A stretch of 63,314 nt of DNA, counting the filler, from Thermodesulfobacteriota bacterium (lineage in GTDB: Bacteria > DASVDK01): assembly GCA_036381125.1 (NCBI GenBank). It is 9 parts of 9 records of this genome, joined end to end, with 100 filler letters (N's around TTAATTAATTAA, not from the genome) between each part and the next. Parts side by side here need not be neighbours in the genome. Positions count along the whole stretch, not along the records: positions 1 to 19,875 come from DASVDK010000316.1; positions 19,976 to 26,995 come from DASVDK010000317.1; 7 more parts are not named here. One strand, written 5' to 3'. The notes beneath the pieces were generated by a model. That model did not search any database and had not been told where the DNA came from. It worked only from the letters and a program-made list of their open reading frames with translations. The stretch's first letter is position 1. Every line of letters starts with the position of its first letter. The position numbers and the translations under genes are program-made. Positions 11,741 to 22,541 of the stretch are shown piece after piece.

Positions 11741-13138
11741 ATGGCGCCTCGGACGCTCTTCGAGAAGGTCTGGGCGCGGCACGTCGTCGCCGAGGGCCCC
11801 GGCGGGCAGACGCTCCTCTACATCGACCGCCATCTCATCCACGAGGGCGGGTTCCACGCCTTCGAGGCGCTCAGGCAGTCGGGGCGGCGCGTGCGCCGCC
11901 CCGACGCGGTCTTCGCGACGCCGGACCACTACGTCCCCACGGCCGGCCGCGCGGCCGGCATCGCCGACCCCGAGGCCCGCGTGCGGGTCGAGAGCCTGCG
12001 CGCCGACACGCGGGCGGCCGGCATCACCCTCTTCGACCTCGACGACCCGCGCCAGGGGATCGTCCACGTGATCGGTCCCGAGCAGGGGATCACCCAGCCC
12101 GGCCTGACCATCGTCTGCGGCGACTCGCACACCTCGACGCACGGCGCCTTCGGAGCCCTGGCCTTCGGCATCGGCGCCTCGGAGGTCGCCCACGTCCTCG
12201 CCACGCAGACGCTCTGGCAGCGCAAGCCGAAGGTGATGCGCATTCGCGTGGAGGGCGAGCGGCCCCCGGGCGTCGCGGCCAAGGACGTGATCCTCGGCAT
12301 CATCGCCGCCATCGGCGCGGGCGGGGGAACGGGCTACGCCGTCGAGTACGCCGGGTCGGTGATCCGCGGCCTCTCCATGGAGGAGCGGATGACCGTCTGC
12401 AACATGTCGATCGAGGCGGGCGCGCGGGCCGGCATGATCGCGCCCGACGAGACGACCTTCGCGTACCTGAAGGGCCGCCCCTTCGCGCCGCCGGCCGAGC
12501 ACTGGGAGCGGGCCGTGGCGTTCTGGCGGACGCTCCCCACGGACGAGGGGGCCGTCTTCGACCGGGAGGTGGTCGTCGAGGCGCGCGACCTCGCCCCGCG
12601 CGTCACCTGGGGGACGAGCCCGCAGGACTCCGTGCCGATCACCGGTCGCGTGCCCGATCCGGCCGCGGTCGAGGACCCGGTGCGGCGGGCGAGCATGGAG
12701 CGGGCGCTGGCCTACATGGGGCTCGCCCCCGGCACGCCCATGGCCGGCCTCGAGGTGGACCGGGTCTTCATCGGGTCCTGCACGAACAGCCGCCTCGAGG
12801 ACCTCAGGGCCGCGGCCGCCGTCGTCAAGGGGCGGCGGGCGGTGGTGCCGGCGCTCGTCGTGCCCGGCTCGGGCCTCGTCAAGCGGGCGGCCGAGGCCGA
12901 AGGGCTCCACGAGGTCTTCCTCGCCGCCGGCCTCGAATGGCGGGACTCCGGCTGCTCCATGTGCGTCGGCATGAACGGCGACCTCGCCAGGGCGGGCGAG
13001 CGGGTCGCGTCCACGTCCAACCGCAACTTCGAGGGGCGGCAGGGCAAGGGGGCCCGCACGCACCTCATGAGCCCGGCCATGGCCGCGGCCGCGGCCGTCA
13101 CCGGCCGGCTCACCGACGTCCGCGAGATGAGGATCTGA
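11741..13138 (+). CDS. leuC: Isopropylmalate isomerase-family dehydratase, large subunit
   Basis: [41 protein letters not shown]; may be a catabolic paralog. Confidence 0.88.
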   Translation: MAPRTLFEKVWARHVVAEGPGGQTLLYIDRHLIHEGGFHAFEALRQSGRRVRRPDAVFATPDHYVPTAGRAAGIADPEARVRVESLRADTRAAGITLFDLDDPRQGIVHVIGPEQGITQPGLTIVCGDSHTSTHGAFGALAFGIGASEVAHVLATQTLWQRKPKVMRIRVEGERPPGVAAKDVILGIIAAIGAGGGTGYAVEYAGSVIRGLSMEERMTVCNMSIEAGARAGMIAPDETTFAYLKGRPFAPPAEHWERAVAFWRTLPTDEGAVFDREVVVEARDLAPRVTWGTSPQDSVPITGRVPDPAAVEDPVRRASMERALAYMGLAPGTPMAGLEVDRVFIGSCTNSRLEDLRAAAAVVKGRRAVVPALVVPGSGLVKRAAEAEGLHEVFLAAGLEWRDSGCSMCVGMNGDLARAGERVASTSNRNFEGRQGKGARTHLMSPAMAAAAAVTGRLTDVREMRI

Positions 13139-13139
13139 C

Positions 13140-13724
13140 GTGGAGCGCTTCTCGACCCTCACGGCCGTGGCCGCGCCGCTCGACGTCCCCAACGTCGACA
13201 CCGACCAGATCATCCCGGCCCGCTTCCTCCGCTACCCGCGGAGCGCCGGCTACGAGCGGTTCCTCTTCCACGACCAGGGGCCGGACTTCGTCCTCAGGCA
13301 GCCGGCCTATCGCGAGGCGAAGATCCTCGTCGTGGCGGACAACTTCGGGTGCGGCTCCTCGCGCGAGGGGGCGGTCTGGGCCATCAAGGGCGCGGGGGTC
13401 CGGGCGCTCGTCGGCCCGTCCTTCGGCGACATCTTCTTCGAGAACTGCTTCAAGAACGGCGTCCTCGCGGTGGTCCTGCCGCGGGAGGCCGCGGCCGACA
13501 TCAGGCGGCAGCTCCACGACCGGCCGGGCGCCCTCGTCACGATCGACCTCGGGGGGCAGGCGGTCACCGCGCCGGACGGGACGGTCCACCGCTTCGAGAT
13601 CGACCCCTATCGCAAGACGATGCTCGAGGAGGGCCTCGACGACATCGGCCTGACCGAGCGGCACGAGGCGGCCATCGCCGCATACGAGCGGCGGCGCCGC
13701 GAGGAGACGCCATGGTTGCCGTGA
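13140..13724 (+). CDS. leuD: Isopropylmalate isomerase-family dehydratase, small subunit
   Basis: NVDTDQIIPA, NFGCGSSRE, SFGDIF..NC.KNG. Confidence 0.88.
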   Translation: MERFSTLTAVAAPLDVPNVDTDQIIPARFLRYPRSAGYERFLFHDQGPDFVLRQPAYREAKILVVADNFGCGSSREGAVWAIKGAGVRALVGPSFGDIFFENCFKNGVLAVVLPREAAADIRRQLHDRPGALVTIDLGGQAVTAPDGTVHRFEIDPYRKTMLEEGLDDIGLTERHEAAIAAYERRRREETPWLP

Positions 13725-14482
13725 GGCGGGAGGCCGTCGAGCGCGCCGCCGCGCTGCTGGTCGAGGCGTGGCGGGAGCACCGGACGATCCCCGGGATCCC
13801 GGCGGACGTCCGGCCGGCCGCGATCGAGGAGGCGTACGCGGTGCAGGACGCCGTGTCGCGGGCGCTCGGACCGGTCGGCGGCTGGAAGGTGGGCGCGTCG
13901 TCCCCCACGGCCGAGCCGAGGTGCGCGCCGCTCCTCGCCTCGCGCGTCCACGAGGGGCCCGCGACGCTGCCGGCGGCCCGGTTCCATCGTCTCGGCATCG
14001 AGGCGGAGCTGGCGCTCCGCATCGCCCGCGACCTGCCGGCCCGCCGGGAGCCGTACGCGCGCGAGGAGGTGCTCGCCGCCTTCGACACGCTCCACCCCGC
14101 GATCGAGGTCGTCGACTCCCGCTTCGCCGACCGCGAGTCGATGGACGACCTCTCCCTCCTGGCCGACAACCAGAGCAACGGCGCCTTCGTCTACGGGCCG
14201 GCCGTACGCGACTGGCGGCGCCGGGACCTGGCCGCGCAGCCGGTCCGCCTCGTGATCGACGGGGCGGTGGCGGTCGAGCGGGTCGGGGGCAACGCCGCGG
14301 GCGACCCCCTGCGAGGGGTCGTCTGGCTGGCCAACCACCTGGCGGAGCGGGGCCAGCCGCTGCGCGCGGGCCAGATCGTCACGACCGGCACCACCACCGG
14401 CCTCCTCTGGGTCAGCCCCGGCGCCGTCGTCGAGGCCGAGTTCCCCGGCGTCGGCGCCGTCCAGCTCACCATCGGCCGCTGA
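13712..14482 (+). CDS. 2-keto-4-pentenoate hydratase / FAH-family protein
   Basis: AYAVQ, GWKVG, IEAE, PAIEVVDSR, ADN.SNG, L.AGQIVTTG. Confidence 0.85.
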   Translation: MVAVRREAVERAAALLVEAWREHRTIPGIPADVRPAAIEEAYAVQDAVSRALGPVGGWKVGASSPTAEPRCAPLLASRVHEGPATLPAARFHRLGIEAELALRIARDLPARREPYAREEVLAAFDTLHPAIEVVDSRFADRESMDDLSLLADNQSNGAFVYGPAVRDWRRRDLAAQPVRLVIDGAVAVERVGGNAAGDPLRGVVWLANHLAERGQPLRAGQIVTTGTTTGLLWVSPGAVVEAEFPGVGAVQLTIGR

Positions 14483-14494
14483 TCTCCCCAACGC

Positions 14495-14569
14495 GGGGTC
14501 AGGTCTTTCCGTTTTCCAGGGGGTCAGGCCTTTCCATTTTCCATGGGGTCAGGTCTTTCCGTTTTCCAG
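14495..14569. repeat. Three tandem 25-bp units GGGGTCAGGYCTTTCCRTTTTCCAK
   Basis: Units start at 14495, 14520 and 14545; same family as 5255-5400 and 33403-33478. Confidence 0.9.
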
Positions 14570-14725
14570 GCCGCAGCCGAACCGGGCGACGCCGGCGTGA
14601 CCGCGGGAGGCCTGGAACGGCGAGGGGGCGGGCCCTACCGATGCGCTCGATGCGGTGCACGGAGACCTGAGCCGGTCCGTTGCGGCACACGGCCGAGCCG
14701 GGGGCCCTGCTACTATCGTCGCGCC

Positions 14726-17275
14726 ATGTCCCTCGCCGCGCTGCGGGCGCGTCTCCTGCCGCTCGTCGGCATCCTCCTCTTCTCCGCGACGCTGTGGCTG
14801 CTCCACGAGGCGCTGGGGAGCGTTCGGTACGAGGACGTGGTCGCGCACCTGTCGGCGCTGCCGGCCGGCGCGGTCGCGCGGGCGGCCCTCCTCACGGTCC
14901 TCGGCTACGCCGTCCTCACCGGTTACGACGTGCTGGCGCTCAGGTACATCGGCAAGCCGATCCCCTACCGGAGGACGGCGGTCGCCTCCTTCGTCGCCTA
15001 CGCCGTGGGGCACACGCTCGGCCAGTCGTGGCTCACCGGCGGCAGCGTCCGGTACCGGCTCTACGCCGCCTGGGGGCTCTCGGCGGCCAACGTGGCCGCC
15101 GTCGTGGCGTTCTGCGCCTTCACGTTCTGGCTCGGGTTCCTCGCCGTGGGCGGCGTCGTCTTCCTCGCCTCGCCGCCCGTGGTGCCGGCCGAGGTGCGGG
15201 TGGCGGCCTGGACCCTGCCGGCGCTCGGCGTGGCGGGCATGATCCTCACCGCGGCCTACGTCGCGCTCGGGACGGTGCGGCGAGAGCCGGTCAGGCTCTT
15301 CGGCCTCTCGCTGGCGGTGCCGCCCTGGCCGCTGCGCGCTGGGCAGCTGGCCGTGTCGGTCCTCGACTGGCTCCTCGCGGCCGCCACGCTCTACGTGCTC
15401 CTGCCGGCCGGGCTGCCGATCTCCTACCCGGCGTTCGTCGGCGTCTACCTGCTCGGGATCGTCGCCGGCATCGCCAGTCAGGTCCCGGGCGGACTCGGCG
15501 TCCTCGAGGGGGTCGTCGTGCTGGCCCTCGCCGGCCACGCACCCGCCTCGGCCCTCCTCGGCTCGCTCGTGGCGTTCCGGGCGATCTACCACCTGGCGCC
15601 GCTCGCCGCGGCGGCGCTGCTCCTGGCCGGCTACGAGGCGGCGCGCGCGGCGAGCCGCCTTGCCGGCCTGCGCCGCGTGCTCGCGCGGGCCCTGCCCCAC
15701 GTCGCGCCGCACCTGCTGACGATCACGACCTTCCTCGGCGGGGTCGTGCTGCTCGTCTCGGGCGCCGCGCCGGCCGACCCGTCGCGTCTCCTCCGGCTCC
15801 GGAACTTCGTGCCGCTCGCGGTCATCGAGGCGTCGCACGTCGTCGGCAGCCTCGCCGGCGCGGGCCTGCTCGTCCTCGCCCGCGGCCTGCAGCTCAGGCT
15901 CGACGCGGCGTATCGCCTCACCGTCGTCCTCCTGGCCGTCGGCGCCGCCGCCTCGCTCCTCAAGGGCCTCGACTACGAGGAGGCCGTCGTCCTCGGCCTC
16001 GTGCTGGCCGCGCTCTTGCCGTCGCGCCGCTACTTCCGGCGAGAGGCCGCGTTGCTCGACGAGGCGATGAGCCCGGCCTGGATCGCCGCGATCGGGCTCG
16101 CGCTGATCGGCGCCACGGGCGTGGGCGTCTTCGCCTTCAAGCACGTGGCGTACTCGCACGGCCTCTGGTGGCGCTTCGCCCTCCTGGACGATGCCGCGAG
16201 GTCCCTGCGCGCCTCGGCCGGCGCCGCCGGCCTCGTCGCGGCGCTGGTCGTCTGCCGGCTCCTGCGCCGGGTGCCGCCCGAGCCGAGCCCGGTGACCCCG
16301 GCCGCCCTGGAGCGGGCGGCGGCGATCGTGGCCGCCTCCCCGAGGGCCGACGCCTGGCTCGCGCTGCTCGGGGACAAGGCCTTCCTCTTCAGCGACAGCG
16401 GGCGGTCCTTCCTCGCGTACGGCGTCGAAGGGGGGAGCTTCGTCGCCCTCGGCGACCCGGTCGGCGTCGAGGCCGAGGGCTCGGAGCTGGTGTGGGCCTT
16501 CCGCGAACTCGCCGACCGCCGCGGTGCCTGGCCGGTCTTCTATCGGGTCGGCCCGAACCGTCTGCCGCTCTACCTCGATCTCGGCCTCGCGCTCCTCAAG
16601 CTCGGGGAGGAGGCGCGGGTGCCGCTCGAGGGCGTCTCGCTGCCGGGCGAGCCGGGGGCGAGGCTCCGGGATCAGGTCGACCGGCTCGAGCGGGCGGGGG
16701 CGCGATTCGCGGTGTTGCCGCCGGCCTCCGTGCCGCCGCACCTCGCCGAGCTGCGCGAGGTGTCGGACGACTGGCTGCGCTTCACGGCGACGCGGGAGCC
16801 GCGCTTCGCCCTCGGCTTCTTCGACGAGCGCTACCTTGCGCGCTGCCCCGTCGCCACGGTGCGCGTGTCGGGGCGCATCGTGGCGTTCGCCAACCTCCGG
16901 CTCGGGGCCGGCCGGGAGGAGCTCGCGCCCGACCTCATGCGCCGGCGCCGGGACGCGCCGGCGGGCGTCATGGAGTACCTCGTGATCGAGCTGATGCGCT
17001 GGGGCCGCGAGCAGGGCTACCGGTGGTGCAACCTCGGCATGGCCCCGCTCTCGGGGCTCGAGGACCGCACGCCCGCTCCGCTCTGGAACCGCGTCGGCAC
17101 GTCGCTCTTCCAGCACGGGGAGCCGTACGACGACTTCAAGGGGTCGCGGTCGTACCGGGAGACGTTCGCCCCCCACTGGGTGCCGCGCTACCTCGCGGTC
17201 CCGAGTGGGCTCTCCCTGCCGAGGGTCCTCGCGGACGTCGCCGCCGTGGTCACCGGGAGCCGGAACGAGATATAA
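14726..17275 (+). CDS. mprF: Aminoacyl-phosphatidylglycerol flippase/synthetase MprF
   Basis: N-terminal multi-TM flippase (GGSVRYRLY, SQVPGGLGVLE); C-terminal GDK..ALGDPVG..KLGEEA..DLMR..NLGMAPLSG. Confidence 0.92.
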   Translation: MSLAALRARLLPLVGILLFSATLWLLHEALGSVRYEDVVAHLSALPAGAVARAALLTVLGYAVLTGYDVLALRYIGKPIPYRRTAVASFVAYAVGHTLGQSWLTGGSVRYRLYAAWGLSAANVAAVVAFCAFTFWLGFLAVGGVVFLASPPVVPAEVRVAAWTLPALGVAGMILTAAYVALGTVRREPVRLFGLSLAVPPWPLRAGQLAVSVLDWLLAAATLYVLLPAGLPISYPAFVGVYLLGIVAGIASQVPGGLGVLEGVVVLALAGHAPASALLGSLVAFRAIYHLAPLAAAALLLAGYEAARAASRLAGLRRVLARALPHVAPHLLTITTFLGGVVLLVSGAAPADPSRLLRLRNFVPLAVIEASHVVGSLAGAGLLVLARGLQLRLDAAYRLTVVLLAVGAAASLLKGLDYEEAVVLGLVLAALLPSRRYFRREAALLDEAMSPAWIAAIGLALIGATGVGVFAFKHVAYSHGLWWRFALLDDAARSLRASAGAAGLVAALVVCRLLRRVPPEPSPVTPAALERAAAIVAASPRADAWLALLGDKAFLFSDSGRSFLAYGVEGGSFVALGDPVGVEAEGSELVWAFRELADRRGAWPVFYRVGPNRLPLYLDLGLALLKLGEEARVPLEGVSLPGEPGARLRDQVDRLERAGARFAVLPPASVPPHLAELREVSDDWLRFTATREPRFALGFFDERYLARCPVATVRVSGRIVAFANLRLGAGREELAPDLMRRRRDAPAGVMEYLVIELMRWGREQGYRWCNLGMAPLSGLEDRTPAPLWNRVGTSLFQHGEPYDDFKGSRSYRETFAPHWVPRYLAVPSGLSLPRVLADVAAVVTGSRNEI

Positions 17276-17378
17276 TTTCCGAAGTAGACAAAGCGCTCGG
17301 GCCGCTGGCGCGTCCTCGTGCCGGCACCGAGACGCCGGTGCCGCCGGCAAGGCCCGGCTCTTGCTTTCCTCGGACACC

Positions 17379-18419
17379 ATGAGAATCGCTCAAATTGCTC
17401 CACTGTACGAGCGAGTCCCGCCCGGCCGATACGGGGGGACCGAGCGAGTCATCGCGAACCTCGCCGATGGTCTCGTCGCTCGTGGTCACGACGTCACGCT
17501 CTTCGCCGCGGCGGGCTCGCGCACGTCGGCGCGGCTCGTCCCCGTGGCGCCCTTGCCCCTGTGGCACGACGCGAGGATCCGCGACCGCGTGGCGCCGCAC
17601 GTGCGGCTCCACGCGGAGGTCTTCCGCCGGGCCCACGAGTTCGACCTCATCCACAACCACAACGACTACTTCGCGTTCCCGTACCTCGCCACGTCGCCCG
17701 CGCCGGTCGTCACGACGATGCACGGGCGGTGCGACCTTCCCGAGCTGCACGCGGTGATCGACGCCTTCCCCGACGCGGCGCTCGTGGCCATCAGTCGGGC
17801 GCAGCAGGCCTGCCTCCCCAACGCCAACTGGGTCGGCTGCGTGTACCACGGGCTCAGGATCGATCGCATCCCGTTCGATCCACACGGGGGCGAGGGGCTC
17901 GTCTTCATCGGCCGCATGTCGCCCGAGAAGGCGCCGCACGTCGCCATCGACGTGGCGATCGAGGCCGGCCTGCCCCTCGTCATGGCCGCGCGGATCGACG
18001 CCCAGGACCGGGAGTTCTTCGAGCGCGAGGTGAAGCCCAGGCTCGACCACCCGCTCGTCCGCTACGTCGGCCAGGTGGACGACGCCGAGAAGGCACGGCT
18101 GCTCGGATCGGCGCGCGCCCTCATCCTGCCGATCGACTGGCCGGAACCGTTCGGGCTCGTCATGATCGAGGCGATGGCGTGCGGCACGCCGGTGGTGACC
18201 CGGCCGGTCGGGTCGGCCCCGGAGCTGGTCGTCCAGGGCGTCACCGGGTTCCTCGCGGAAGACCTGGCCGGCCTGGTGGCCGGCGTCCGCGCGGCGGCCT
18301 CGCTCGACCGCGCCGCCTGCCGCCGTCACGTGGAGAGCCGCTTCAGCGTGACCGGCATGGTCGAGGGCTACGAGCGGATCTATCGGAGCATGCTCGGGGG
18401 CCGGCGCGCGACGGCTTGA
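17379..18419 (+). CDS. Glycosyltransferase family 4
   Basis: VPP..YGGTERV, GRMSPEK, WPEPFGLVMIEAMACGTPV. Confidence 0.92.
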   Translation: MRIAQIAPLYERVPPGRYGGTERVIANLADGLVARGHDVTLFAAAGSRTSARLVPVAPLPLWHDARIRDRVAPHVRLHAEVFRRAHEFDLIHNHNDYFAFPYLATSPAPVVTTMHGRCDLPELHAVIDAFPDAALVAISRAQQACLPNANWVGCVYHGLRIDRIPFDPHGGEGLVFIGRMSPEKAPHVAIDVAIEAGLPLVMAARIDAQDREFFEREVKPRLDHPLVRYVGQVDDAEKARLLGSARALILPIDWPEPFGLVMIEAMACGTPVVTRPVGSAPELVVQGVTGFLAEDLAGLVAGVRAAASLDRAACRRHVESRFSVTGMVEGYERIYRSMLGGRRATA

Positions 18420-18429
18420 AGGGAGCGCC

Positions 18430-19875
18430 GTGGACGAGTTCGCTACCCTCGCGACCCCGGACGTCGTCACCCTCGCCACCCGGACGATCAAGGACCAGGA
18501 GGCGTTCGTCGTCTGCGACGTGTCCGGGGACGCCGACGTCCGGCGATCGCACAAGTTCGGCTTCTACCTCACCGGCACGCGGCACCTCTCCCGCCTCGCC
18601 CTCGGCCTCGACGGGGCGCGCCCGGTGGTGCTCTTCTCGAGCGTGTCGGCCGACGGCTCCGAGCTGGTCGTGAACCTGACCAACCCGGACCTGCCGCCTC
18701 ACGGCGACCACGGCGGCGGCCCGCCGCTCCCCCGCGAGCGGCTCTTCGTGCAGCGGCGGCTCATCCTCGAGGGGTCGCGGCTCGCGCACTCGCTGTACGT
18801 GCGCAACTTCGCGGGCGAGCCGGTGCGGCTCGTCCTCGCCCTCCGCTTCGAGGCCGACTTCGCCGACATCTTCGAGGTGCGCGGATTCGTGCGCCAGAGG
18901 CGGGGCGAGTACCTCGAGCCGGTCACGGGGCCCGGCCGGCTCGCCCTCGCCTACCGCGGGCTCGACGGCGTCGTCCGCTCGACGCACGTCGCGTTCGCGC
19001 CGGCGCCGGAGTCGATGGCCGTCGAGGGATCGACCGTGGAGGCCCGCTTCCCGCTGTCGCTCGGCGCGAACGACGTCGAGGTTCTCGAGCTGACGGTGCT
19101 GCCGATCGAGACGCGCCCGTCCGAGGCGGCCACGGTGGTGGTGGACCACCTGCCGTACGAAGGGGTCCGCGCCCGCCGGCGCAGCCAGGTGGACGAATGG
19201 CAGGCGTCGCTGCCGGAGGTCCGCTCGAGCCACGAGGACTTCAACCGCCTCCTCGCGCGCTCGCTGGCCGACCTCCGGCTGCTCAGCACGATCTACCCCG
19301 AGGGGCCCTACCCCGCGGCCGGCATCCCGTGGTACGTCTGCCCGTTCGGGCGCGACGGGTCGATCACCGCGCTGGAATCGCTCTGGCTCGATCCGCGCAT
19401 CGCCCAGGGGGTCCTTCGCTTCCAGGCCGCTCACCAGGCGACCGTGGACGATCCCTTCGTCGACGCCGAGCCGGGCAAGATCCTGCACGAGCTCCGCCGC
19501 GGCGAGATGGCGAACCTGCGCGAGATCCCGTTCATCCCGTACTACGGCTCGGTCGACTCGACGCCGCTCTTCCTCATGCTGCTCGCCGCGTACGTGCGGC
19601 GAACGGGGGACCTCGACCTCGCGCGCGCCCTCTGGCCGGCCGCCGTGGCCGCTCTCGAGTGGATCGACCGCTACGGCGACCTCGACGGCGACGGCCTCGT
19701 CGAGTACCGCAGCCGCTCGAGGAGCGGCCTCACGCAGCAGGGGTGGAAGGACTCGCGCGACCCGATCTTCCACGCGAGCGGCCGCGACGCCGAGCCGCCG
19801 ATCGCGCTGGTCGAGGTCCAGGGATACGTCTACGCCGCCAAGCGCGGGATGGCCGTCCTCTCGGCGCGCCTCGGC
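18430..19875 (+). CDS. Amylo-alpha-1,6-glucosidase / glycogen debranching family, 3' truncated
   Basis: ADFADIFEVRG, AGIPWY..FGRD, EPGKILHE.RRGE, YYGSVDSTPLF, QGWKDS. Confidence 0.9.
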
Positions 19876-19975
19876 NNNNNNNNNNNNNNNNNNNNNNNNN
19901 NNNNNNNNNNNNNNNNNNNTTAATTAATTAANNNNNNNNNNNNNNNNNNNNNNNNNNNNNNNNNNNNNNNNNNNN
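19876..19975. other. Artificial contig spacer, first of eight
   Basis: N-run, TTAATTAATTAA, N-run; equivalent 100-nt spacers begin at 26996, 34049, 38629, 41970, 47488, 54947 and 60352. Confidence 0.99.
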
Positions 19976-20523
19976 GGCGCCTCGGCCGGAGGCGGCGGCG
20001 CCGCGGAGAGGACCGGGGCCGGTCCGGGTGCGCTGGCACGCGCCGCCTCGGCCAGTGACGGGCGCGCGGCCGGCGCCGTCCGCGGCGCCGGCAGCCGGCG
20101 GACCGAGGCGGGTACCGGTGGCTGGGGGCGGAGCGCCGCCACCAGCGCCTCGACCTCCCGCCGGCTCCTGTGCCGGGCCTGCTCGAGCAGGTCCCGATGA
20201 TTCTCCACCGTGAGGTGCGGCGCGAGAAGCGTCACGGTCGTGAGCGTGAGCGACCCGTCGGCGAGGTGCTCGAGGACGACGGGGAAGCGCCGCGCCGCCC
20301 GCGCGGCCTCGATCCGGCCGTAGGCGGCGTGCTCGGAGAGGTGCAGGACCTGGGTGCCGTAGGCGAAGAGCGACGGGTACCCCTCGGCCAGGTAGAGGCG
20401 CCGGACGTCGAGTTCGGCGAGGTGCGCAATCAGCGCGACCGTCGCCTCGCGCTCCTGCGCGGCGAGCCGCGGCACCGCGGCGAGCAGCTCGGCATCCGAG
20501 AGCCGGGCAGGAGCGGAGAGCAT
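19976..20523 (-). CDS. DUF222-like/HNH family protein, N-terminal part cut by the contig end
   Basis: About 85% aa identity by eye over roughly 148 residues to the HNH protein starting at 47983. Confidence 0.85.
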
Positions 20524-20771
20524 GGTCGTGAGAGCCATGCTTCGTTCATATCATGGCGATCCCGGAGGGCCCCGGGACGGGCCCGCAGGGGCGCGGCCGG
20601 CGCCGACCGATTGCGCAGGCCTCCAGCGCGCGAAGTCTCGTCCGGCGGCCGTTCCCGGGCCGCGGAGGGCCTGTCTACGGGTGGGCCGCCGCGCCCCTCG
20701 ACCTGGTCTCCCGATGCTGTCAAGACCTTTCTTCGAGGCCTCGAGACGTTGCCGACCGGTCTACTCGCCGA

Positions 20772-20789
20772 ACTCGGTTCGAACCGAGT
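20772..20789. repeat. Perfect palindrome ACTCGGTTCGAACCGAGT upstream of the HNH-family gene
   Basis: Same core as 47838-47859 and 49137-49156. Confidence 0.9.
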
Positions 20790-20890
20790 CGGCCCTGCCC
20801 GACCGCGCCGATCCGCACCCCGGCGCCCGGTCCGTCGGCTCGCGGTCCCGACGCTCGTCTCGTCGCCATTCCCCGAGGTATCCTCTATCC

Positions 20891-21682
20891 ATGCATGGTT
20901 ACCTGCAGTACGACCGGGGCAGGGTGGCGAAGGTGGAGAAGGGGGTCGTCGTCGAGACGCCCCTCACCGTGACGCTCAACGGCAAGGAGCTGGTCCGGTT
21001 CCTCTGCACCCCGGAGCACCTCGAGGCGCAGGTCGTCGGGTTCCTCTGGCTCGAAGGGCTCGTCGACAGCCTCGACGAGATCCTCGTCGTGCGGGCCTGC
21101 GCGGAGGACGGCGCGGCCGACGTGATCCTGGCGGGCGAGCCGCAGATCCCGCACAAGAAGGCGGTCACGTCGGGGTGCGGGGGAGGCATCACCTTCAACA
21201 TCGACTTTGCCGCCGAGGGGCTCGGCGACCTGCCGCTCACGGTGCCGCCGGAGCGGATCTGCTCGGCCTACCGCGAGCTGCAGGCGTCGGCCGTGCACTA
21301 CCGCGAGCACCGCGGCATCCACTGCACGGCGCTCTGCGACGGGGAGCGCCAGCTCCTGATCGCCGAGGACGTCGGCCGGCACAACACGCTCGACAAGCTC
21401 GCCGGTCTCGCCCTCCTCGAGGGGATCCCCACGGAGGGGCGGTTCCTCGTGACCTCGGGCCGCATCTCGTCGGAGATGACCTGGAAGGCCGCGCGGATGC
21501 GCGTGCCGCTCGTCGCCTCGCGCACCTCGCCGACCTCCCTCGCCCTCGAGCTGGCCGAGCGGCTCGGCATCACGCTGGTCGGCTACGTGCGCGACGGCTC
21601 GTTCAACGTCTACACGCACCCCCACCGGGTCCTCGCTCCGGAGGAGGCGGCGACCGCGCGGCGTTCGCCTGCCGGGGTCTAG
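20891..21682 (+). CDS. fdhD: Formate dehydrogenase sulfurtransferase FdhD
   Basis: TSGCG, EDVGRHNTLDK, SGRISSEM, SPTSLA. Confidence 0.9.
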   Translation: MHGYLQYDRGRVAKVEKGVVVETPLTVTLNGKELVRFLCTPEHLEAQVVGFLWLEGLVDSLDEILVVRACAEDGAADVILAGEPQIPHKKAVTSGCGGGITFNIDFAAEGLGDLPLTVPPERICSAYRELQASAVHYREHRGIHCTALCDGERQLLIAEDVGRHNTLDKLAGLALLEGIPTEGRFLVTSGRISSEMTWKAARMRVPLVASRTSPTSLALELAERLGITLVGYVRDGSFNVYTHPHRVLAPEEAATARRSPAGV

Positions 21683-22449
21683 GGCCGGGCGAACGGGGCG
21701 ATCGTCAGGCCGACTTCCTCGAGGCGCGCGCGGACGGCCCGCGCGATGGCGACGGCGGCAGGGTTGTCCCCGTGGACGCAGACGCTGTCGATCCTCGCGG
21801 GGATCCGCTTGCCGGTGACCGTCGTGATCGCCTGGCGCTCGACCGCCTCGAGCACCCTCGCGGCCGCCGCCTCCGCGTCGTGGATCACCGCGCCGGGCGC
21901 CTTGCGCGAGGTGAGGTTGCCGTTGTCGTCGTAGGTCCGGTCGGCGTAGATCTCCCGCACCATCGGCAGGCCGAGGCGCTCGGCCGCGCGCTCGGTCTCG
22001 AGACCGGGCATGACAATGAGGTAGAGGCCCGGGTCCACGGCCTTCGCGGCGCGCGCCACGGCCATCGCGATGTCCGCGTCCACGGCCGCCATGTTGGCGA
22101 GGGAGCCGTGGGCCTTGACGTGCGTCACCCGGTGACCGGCCGCGCGCGCCACCGCCTGCAGCGCGCCGATCTGGTAGACGACCATCTTCTCGATGTCCTC
22201 GGGCCGCTCCCCCTGGATCGGCCGGCGGCCGAAGCCCCAGAGGTCGAGGAAGCTCGGGTGCGCCCCCACGGCGACCCCGCGGGCCCTGGCGAGCGCCACG
22301 GTCCGGTGCATGACGAGCGGGTCGCCGGCGTGGAACCCGCACGCCACGTTCGCCGAGGAGACGATGTCGAGCATCGCCTCGTCGTCGCCCATCGTGTAGA
22401 CGCCGAAGCTCTCTCCCATGTCCGAGTTGAGATCGATCGTCGCGGCCAT
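21679..22449 (-). CDS. pxpA: 5-oxoprolinase subunit A (LamB/YcsF)
   Basis: DLNSDMGESFG, ANVACGFHAGDP, HVKAHGSL, ADRTY, CVHGD. Confidence 0.92.
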   Translation of the reverse strand: MAATIDLNSDMGESFGVYTMGDDEAMLDIVSSANVACGFHAGDPLVMHRTVALARARGVAVGAHPSFLDLWGFGRRPIQGERPEDIEKMVVYQIGALQAVARAAGHRVTHVKAHGSLANMAAVDADIAMAVARAAKAVDPGLYLIVMPGLETERAAERLGLPMVREIYADRTYDDNGNLTSRKAPGAVIHDAEAAAARVLEAVERQAITTVTGKRIPARIDSVCVHGDNPAAVAIARAVRARLEEVGLTIAPFARP

Positions 22450-22541
22450 CGTCACCCCCTCGGCCGTCCAGTGTAGACCACGGGGGCTTGCGTTCCAGGG
22501 GGCCCCGTGGAATCGTGAGGTCGGACACGGAGGACGCCTGG

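Noticed and set aside
14495-14569. Possible CRISPR array
   Set aside because: Units are directly abutting with no unique spacers, and there are no cas genes.
19876-19975. Recurrent TTAATTAATTAA motif within N runs
   Set aside because: Artificial all-frame-stop contig linker; adjacency across these spacers was not treated as synteny.
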